Positions 18,987 through 24,081 of a DNA stretch of 24,081 bases are shown here, in pieces. The translations under genes and the position numbers were made by a program. The stretch is taken from NCBI GenBank assembly GCA_964420565.1, contig CAYQTZ010000002.1, positions 2,960 through 27,040 of the forward strand, read 5' to 3'. The notes beneath the pieces are model-generated. The model was not told where the DNA came from. It worked only from the letters and a program-made list of their open reading frames with translations, and searched no databases. This stretch comes from an uncultured Hyphomicrobiales bacterium. GTDB taxonomy: Bacteria; Bacteroidota; Ignavibacteria; Kapaibacteriales; UBA2268. Every line of letters starts with the position of its first letter. The first letter of the stretch is position 1.

Positions 18987-19253
18987 ATGGTTGTTCTTGA
19001 AAAAATTACTACACAGGAATTTGAACTATTTCATTTATTATATCAAATTCATACACTTAGATACAAAATACATTTTTTTGAAATTAAATACAAATGTAAA
19101 TTCAATGAATTTGAAGATAGCATAGAAAAAATGAATGTTGAAAATTTTGAGGAGTGGGATGAATATCTTGAATGGAAAGCTAATTCAAAATTGTTAAATC
19201 AATTACTATCTCAGAAAAAGGATATTGAAAGTGGAGATTTTAGCATTTCTTGA
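18987..19253 (+). CDS. Small acidic antitoxin-like protein (TumA-like, usual partner of DUF6516)
   Basis: FEIKYKCKFNEFE...EEWDEYLEWKA pattern; stop overlaps a short downstream ORF. Confidence 0.5.
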   Translation: MVVLEKITTQEFELFHLLYQIHTLRYKIHFFEIKYKCKFNEFEDSIEKMNVENFEEWDEYLEWKANSKLLNQLLSQKKDIESGDFSIS

Positions 19254-19308
19254 TAATTCTGAGATTGTGAAGCAATATTATACAAAACGAAGCAAATGCA
19301 AAGAATAA
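19231..19308 (+). pseudogene. Truncated DUF6516/TumE-like toxin N-terminus
   Basis: GTG-start MEILAFLDNSEIVKQYYTKRSKCKE*, overlapping the upstream gene; resemblance recalled, not searched. Confidence 0.35.
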
Positions 19309-19343
19309 TCGTATATTATTAAAAAGTATTTTGGAATTAAAAT

Positions 19344-19562
19344 ATGATAAGTAATAACATAGCAATTGAGCCGGGTAAACGCAGCGGAAAGCCCTGCATT
19401 AGGAACTTAAGAATAACAGTTTATGATATTCTTTCATGGCTCGCTAATGGTATGACTTTCGAGGAAATTATTGATGATTTCCCGGAGCTGACGAGAGAGG
19501 ACATCCTTGCTGCTTTGAAATATGCTTCTGAAAGAGAACAAAAACTCATGGTTGTTACATGA
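19344..19562 (+). CDS. DUF433 antitoxin
   Basis: PGKRSGKPCIRNLRITVYDIL...EIIDDFPELTREDILAALKYA. Confidence 0.93.
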   Translation: MISNNIAIEPGKRSGKPCIRNLRITVYDILSWLANGMTFEEIIDDFPELTREDILAALKYASEREQKLMVVT

Positions 19563-19891
19563 AACTTCTTTTTGACCAGAATATATCGTATAAGATTGTC
19601 AAAAGATTGAAACATTTATACCCTGACTCTGTTCATGTGAATATCCTTGGTTTATCAAAAGCAAGTGATATTGAAGTATGGAATTATGCCAGGAGCAATG
19701 GATTTACAATAGTTACTCATGATGTAGATTTTTCAGAACTATCTGTTATTAAAGGCACCCCTCCCAAAATTATTTGGCTTCGATGTGGAAATAATACAAC
19801 AAAACATATTGAAATATTACTATTGAAAAATCATTCAATAATTTCTGATTTTATTAATGATATAAATATATCAGTCCTTCAGATTTTCTGA
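19559..19891 (+). CDS. DUF5615 PIN-like (VapC45-like) toxin
   Basis: MKLLFDQNIS, SDIEVWNYA, IVTHDVDF, PPKIIWLRCGN; ATGA overlap with DUF433. Confidence 0.93.
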   Translation: MKLLFDQNISYKIVKRLKHLYPDSVHVNILGLSKASDIEVWNYARSNGFTIVTHDVDFSELSVIKGTPPKIIWLRCGNNTTKHIEILLLKNHSIISDFINDINISVLQIF

Positions 19892-19893
19892 AC

Positions 19894-20091
19894 TTACGCC
19901 CTCACCCCCAGCACAGCTACATCATCTCTGTTTTTCTCATCTTGAGAAAAACAAATATGGGTATATTCTTTAGCATTCCGAAGCTCTTTCAGATGCAAAT
20001 CAATTTTCTCCTGACCCTGCTTTTGGGCTGGCAAATTGGAAATACCAATAGTAAGAAATACCGCTGTTATTAGAATGGATAGCTTTTTCAT
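19894..20091 (-). CDS. Mini-gene copy D: signal peptide plus stub ending in the PP2C C-terminus
   Basis: MKKLSILITAVFLTIGISNLPA signal peptide, then QKQGQEKIDLHLKELRNAKEYTHICFSQDEKNRDDVAVLGVRA*; stop lies 2 bp from the DUF5615 stop. Confidence 0.55.
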   Translation of the reverse strand: MKKLSILITAVFLTIGISNLPAQKQGQEKIDLHLKELRNAKEYTHICFSQDEKNRDDVAVLGVRA

Positions 20092-20514
20092 AGCTCTATC
20101 TTTAAGAAGTATAACAATGCATATTCTAAATTGTAAGTTCTAATATAGCAGTTTATTAGCTTAGTTCAAAAAAAAATCATTATCATAACAATTATCTGGA
20201 ACATCAGATAAATCGCATCAAGAAACACGCAAGTATGCACTGAGTCAGGTCTGATAATTCAGCTCAAATGAGCTTTTTCTTGATCATTTAAATAAAATAT
20301 TTTACTTATGAAGTTTATTAAATACAAGAGGTGATTTGGAAAGATATGAATCGAAATGAAAAATTCAAATTTAATTGCATTCAATAGATTTAATAATAAC
20401 TTAGATAATAATTTTAAATATATCTTTTGATTTATTTTAAAATATTACTATATAAGATGAAGCCCTCTTATATGGATGTCATCTGTAAAATATTAGCTGA
20501 TTTCTGTTTTGTAA

Positions 20515-20889
20515 CTATCCTTCCAAAACATTAAAAGAGAACTTAATATCTTCGGCAAATTCTTCACCACTTTCTTTAATGTCTTCATCATCTTTTTCGT
20601 AGTACCAATTGACCTTTGGTTCTTTGCCCTGCTCGTGGAATACTTCCAAAATATCGAGAATATCTAAGATAGCTTTAGATGAGCTAGTATTAAAATATAT
20701 GAATTTGAAGCTAATAGTTAAGTTGACATTACTTTTCTCACCATATTCTGTAATCAACTGAATAATCTGATTATAGAATTCAGAGGCGCTTTCAGGATAA
20801 GACTGTCCTTCGATAAAAAGCTCTCCTTTTTCTGCAACGAATTTAATTTCTGGAGTATCCTTAGCTGCTTCGATGAATAGATCTTGCAT
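20515..20889 (-). CDS. siaC: SiaC family regulatory phosphoprotein (DUF1987)
   Basis: DTPEIKF...IEGQSYPE...FYNQI...YFNTSSSKAIL...VNWYYEKDDEDIKESGEEF. Confidence 0.9.
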   Translation of the reverse strand: MQDLFIEAAKDTPEIKFVAEKGELFIEGQSYPESASEFYNQIIQLITEYGEKSNVNLTISFKFIYFNTSSSKAILDILDILEVFHEQGKEPKVNWYYEKDDEDIKESGEEFAEDIKFSFNVLEG

Positions 20890-20890
20890 A

Positions 20891-21433
20891 CTATGTTTCC
20901 TTTTTTACTTTTACATTAATTTTTAAGAATGAGCAATCATCATCTATAGGTAATATCTCGTAATCAATTATGCTCTTTGATTTGCGAACAATATCTATCA
21001 ATCCGAGTCCTGCGCCCTTACTGTCTGACTCTTTCACATCGCGTAAACGTTTTTTATAGAATTTCTTTAGCTCAGGTTCTTTCATGCTATTGATATTATT
21101 CAAATGGTCTGTCAGTTTATTGACTTTAGTATTTTCAATCTTATTGCCAGAGAAAATATTAAACCATTTTTCATCTTCTGAGAAAAGTATTATTCCAACG
21201 CCAATTTCTTTGCCTTTTATTCTTTCTTTTTCTGCAGAATAATGCATTATATTCTGTGCTAATTCAACGAAAACAGAGAATATCGTTTTTATAAGCTTGC
21301 CTGCCGATACTTTTTTAACAATAACATCGCCAATTCTGACCAGCAGGTCCTGAGACAAAGCACCATTGAATTCAAGAAGCACATTATCGCTTTTTGTATT
21401 AAAGTAATGTTTTAAAAAATCTACTTCAGCCAT
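20891..21433 (-). CDS. siaB: SiaB family protein kinase (DUF6272); likely start MAEVDF
   Basis: FSVFVELAQNIMHYS, FSGNKI, KGAGLGLIDIVRKS HATPase-like motifs; 1 bp from siaC. Confidence 0.88.
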   Translation of the reverse strand: MAEVDFLKHYFNTKSDNVLLEFNGALSQDLLVRIGDVIVKKVSAGKLIKTIFSVFVELAQNIMHYSAEKERIKGKEIGVGIILFSEDEKWFNIFSGNKIENTKVNKLTDHLNNINSMKEPELKKFYKKRLRDVKESDSKGAGLGLIDIVRKSKSIIDYEILPIDDDCSFLKINVKVKKET

Positions 21434-22300
21434 AGTACACTTTCCTTTTTTGTCAATATATTCATTTATTTTAACAAAAACAATGCCAATCAATATTTAT
21501 TGCAAATACTTATTAATGTCAGCTGCATAAGAAAAGTTCATATTATAAAATATCCTTAGCCCTTATATTTATTACCCTCAATAGATATGTCGAAAACCCG
21601 AGTATCATGAATATTTCTTATTATATAAAGGATCAATAGAAAATATTCGATAATTAATTAGTTATTAAAAAAAAGAAATGTGAGAAAAACAAGAAATATT
21701 TCATATATTAGAAATTAATATTTATTGCATTTATGAAAAGAAGAAGAAAAAACTTACACTTTAATACTATTCATGGAAATATTTGGGTAAGGATGTCTGC
21801 AAAAATGAATATGAAAAAAGATCATTTCTGAAAATGATAACTTTCCGTTGATTTGCATAACATATATATTACTAATTCAATCCAGCAAGCATCTTATATA
21901 GACGATAAATGAAAAACGATGCTGAACAATAATTCGCAATGTGATTTTATTGATTATTGAAAATCCCATCTACTAAATTAATGTGCTCTGGCAGCAAAAT
22001 ATAGATAACCAATATAGAAAAAAACCGATGAGCAAAGCCTTCCAAGAAGATGTATTTCTGGCAAGTTACTTTATAAGAGAAACAAGCATTATCAAAATAC
22101 TATCAGGTAAAAATTTCATAGGAATAGAATTACGATCTGTATTTGTAGTAGAGATATTAACTATAATAAGCGATAGCAAAGACGGCTGATCAGAAAAATC
22201 AATTTCGCAGAAAATTAAATAAATTCTAAAGCCGATATAATAATTGTAAAAGAAAAAGTGGAATATATGAACCAATTGATAGAAATAAATCAAAAAAAAA

Positions 22301-22331
22301 TTTGAAAATATTAGGAATTTCATTATCTTTG
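22301..22331 (+). promoter_or_regulatory. Bacteroidota-type promoter for rpsT
   Basis: TTTG (22301-22304), 19-nt spacer, TATCTTTG (22324-22331). Confidence 0.65.
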
Positions 22332-22375
22332 GAGTTCGTAAAACAGTATTATTAATAAAAGAGTGTATAAGGTAG

Positions 22376-22648
22376 ATGGCACATCATAAGTCAGCATTGA
22401 AAAGGATAAGACAGGCGAGCAAAAACCGCCTTTACAATCGTTTGCAGAAAAAAGATATGAAAAAAGCATTAAGAAGCGTTCGCGAGGCGGAATCTTACGA
22501 CGCAGCTATGGAAAATATGAAGCGAGTAACCAAAGTATTGGATAAACTTGCAGCGAAAAATATCATACATAAGAATAAAGCTGCAAACCAAAAGTCGAAA
22601 TTATCAAAATTTGTCAACAAAATGAAGACTGAAACAGCAGAAGTATAA
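22376..22648 (+). CDS. rpsT: 30S ribosomal protein S20
   Basis: MAHHKSALKRIRQ...IIHKNKAANQKSKL. Confidence 0.97.
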   Translation: MAHHKSALKRIRQASKNRLYNRLQKKDMKKALRSVREAESYDAAMENMKRVTKVLDKLAAKNIIHKNKAANQKSKLSKFVNKMKTETAEV

Positions 22649-22664
22649 AAAAAGAAAAAATAAA

Positions 22665-22738
22665 GCGCCCGTAGCTCAACTGGATAGAGCATCTGACTAC
22701 GGATCAGAAGGTTTGGGGTTCGAATCCCTTCGGGCGTA
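22665..22738 (+). tRNA. tRNA-Arg(ACG)
   Basis: Acceptor GCGCCCG/CGGGCGT, D-arm gctc/gagc, anticodon arm tctga-ctACGga-tcaga, GTTCGAATC; CCA not encoded. Confidence 0.97.
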
Positions 22739-22754
22739 CTATATCCTACAATGT

Positions 22755-22790
22755 AAAGCCCTGTAATTTGAACGAGTTACAGGGTTTTTT
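22755..22790 (+). terminator. Stem-loop with T-tract after tRNA-Arg
   Basis: ccctgtaa/ttacaggg 8-bp stem followed by TTTTTT. Confidence 0.6.
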
Positions 22791-22810
22791 GATGAGGGAA
22801 AATAATTGTC

Positions 22811-22832
22811 TGGGTGACAGATGGGTGACAGA
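22811..22832 (+). repeat. Tandem 11-bp repeat tgggtgacaga x2
   Basis: Two exact adjacent copies about 70 bp after the tRNA-Arg 3' end. Confidence 0.75.
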
Positions 22833-23438
22833 TTTGTTTGTTAATAAGGATGTTTTATGTTTGATTTCGATAAAAATGCAAAAAAACTGAAGGATTTGTT
22901 TGCTCCGATTGATCAGTATTTAAAAGTTAGGAGAAGGAAGCCAATTGATTTTTCATTTACTATTCCATTTACTATGAATCTGCTCAACGTTCAAATTATC
23001 CAAGATTTTTACGTGATATTGACGACAATCAATTGACAAAACACGAATACAAACATGTTGCAGACATGCTTTTGAGAATAATCAAACGTCTTGATAGTAA
23101 TAGCCAGCCATCCTTCGATCTCATGATTGCTGAAGCACTTGCTATAGAGTCTTAATACTTGCCCTCGCCATTTCGATAGCCTTCTTTTGGGTTAAACAAC
23201 TATTTTACAACATTGAGCTATCAATATTCATGCAAATATTGCTTGAACCAAGTAGGGTGATTACTCAGAGACAGGTGTGGTACTATCACTGAAACTGGAA
23301 TTGGATTTTCATCGAAATGCCTGGGGTAGAATGAGCGAAATATACAAGCTTTCTTTAAATTTTAAAATATATTCACAAATATCGTTCTTTAGTTTTTCAA
23401 AATATTATTCAGAACAAGTCTAAAAATGAAAAAAATAA

Positions 23439-23470
23439 TTTGGAAATAAAAAAAAATAGTCATAACTTTG
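23439..23470 (+). promoter_or_regulatory. Bacteroidota-type promoter for tRNA-Glu
   Basis: TTTG (23439-23442), 20-nt spacer, TAACTTTG (23463-23470). Confidence 0.7.
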
Positions 23471-23485
23471 AATTCTTTGAAAACA

Positions 23486-23557
23486 GGTCCCGTCGACTAA
23501 TGGTTAGGTCACCAGCCTTTCACGCTGGCAGTAGGGGTTCGAATCCCCTCGGGATCA
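23486..23557 (+). tRNA. tRNA-Glu(TTC)
   Basis: Acceptor GGTCCCG/CGGGATC, anticodon arm ccagc-ctTTCac-gctgg, T-arm agggg-ttcgaat-cccct. Confidence 0.97.
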
Positions 23558-23617
23558 CTTACTAATTCTCGTAATTAATTATCTTCCAAAAACTTATAGA
23601 AACAGCTGATTTTATGT

Positions 23618-23640
23618 TTGTCAAGTTTGCTGCCACTTTT
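23618..23640 (+). repeat. 23-bp direct repeat copy 2
   Basis: Exact match to 13122-13144; 60 bp downstream of tRNA-Glu. Confidence 0.85.
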
Positions 23641-23780
23641 GGGCTTTTTTGATGATTTTTATCCTTGATAGTCTCCATTTCATTCTCTTCAAATATATTT
23701 ATTCACTTATGCGGTTTTTTACAAATTGCTATTTCATTCCGATTGATTGATAATTTGAATCCCAAAAATTAGCTTCGATC

Positions 23781-24044
23781 TCACTTGCGTTTTTCATCAG
23801 AACACAATGTTGATATATTATTACTTGATATTTTCAGTCTCTCTTCCAACACCTTCATAGCGTGCTTTTTATTAGCTGGCTTCCATATGATGCCAGTTGA
23901 TTTCCTGTCTGAGTCAACAGATGTGTAAACGAGTATTGTTCCATCCTTCATAGTACGAGGATAGCAATAAGCAAACTTGTACCATGGATGAATCCAAAGG
24001 TTTTCAGTATTTTTAACTATTCTCATGATATTTTTGAGTTTCAA
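23781..24044 (-). pseudogene. Possible N-terminal (arm-binding-like) fragment of an integrase
   Basis: YTSVDSDRKSTGIIWKPANKKHAMKVLEERL resembles RKSTG...NKK.A arm domains; stops early; lies next to tRNA-Glu. Confidence 0.35.
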
Positions 24045-24081
24045 TCGCTGCTTAAATTGAAACGTCGCCCCTTTTTATTAA

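Noticed and set aside
17297-20029. CRISPR array interpretation of the four repeats
   Set aside because: Units are 50-136 bp, coding-like and divergent; spacers are 0.6-1.1 kb and contain whole genes; no cas genes in the window.
18716-20029. Diversity-generating retroelement TR/VR pair
   Set aside because: No reverse transcriptase in the window, and the 11 mismatches are not restricted to adenines on either strand.
17297-20091. Classical integron (attC cassettes)
   Set aside because: The repeats lack RYYYAAC/GTTRRRY boxes and palindromic attC structure, and there is no intI; the mechanism is left open.
21983-22323. ORFs 21983-22189 and 22066-22323 as a siaA remnant
   Set aside because: No PP2C, HAMP or TPR motif in the frames I read; low-complexity AT-rich sequence.
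22495-22692. 65-aa minus-strand ORF beginning MLYPVELRA
   Set aside because: Antisense translation of tRNA-Arg and rpsT.

Overview
AT-rich 24-kb window from an FCB-group bacterium, probably Ignavibacteria/Kapabacteria-like (inferred from three T9SS CTD-like proteins, TAnnTTTG promoters and retained Shine-Dalgarno sites). The left half (1-12.3 kb) is mostly housekeeping/metabolic: radical SAM protein, membrane-fused spermidine-synthase-like protein, acyl-CoA transferase, ychF, a Na+-translocating decarboxylase operon (oadG-oadA-oadB) and two T9SS cargo proteins. The right half is accessory: a truncated tyrosine integrase with att-like sites matching the tRNA-Glu end, an XRE gene, an ECF sigma factor plus a membrane-anchored T9SS-CTD partner, a MITE-like element, siaB-siaC, rpsT, tRNA-Arg(ACG), tRNA-Glu(TTC) and a second integrase-like fragment. 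The most unusual structure is at 17.3-20.1 kb. There, four toxin-antitoxin modules (hicBA, vapBC, a broken TumA/DUF6516-like pair, DUF433/DUF5615) are interleaved with four same-orientation copies of the 3' end of a PP2C/SpoIIE-type phosphatase gene. Two of those copies are open mini-genes (signal peptide, N-terminal stub and C-terminal stub) sharing the same fusion junction, directly downstream of siaBC, whose usual phosphatase partner is not intact in this window. All family calls come from motif recognition; no searches were run.
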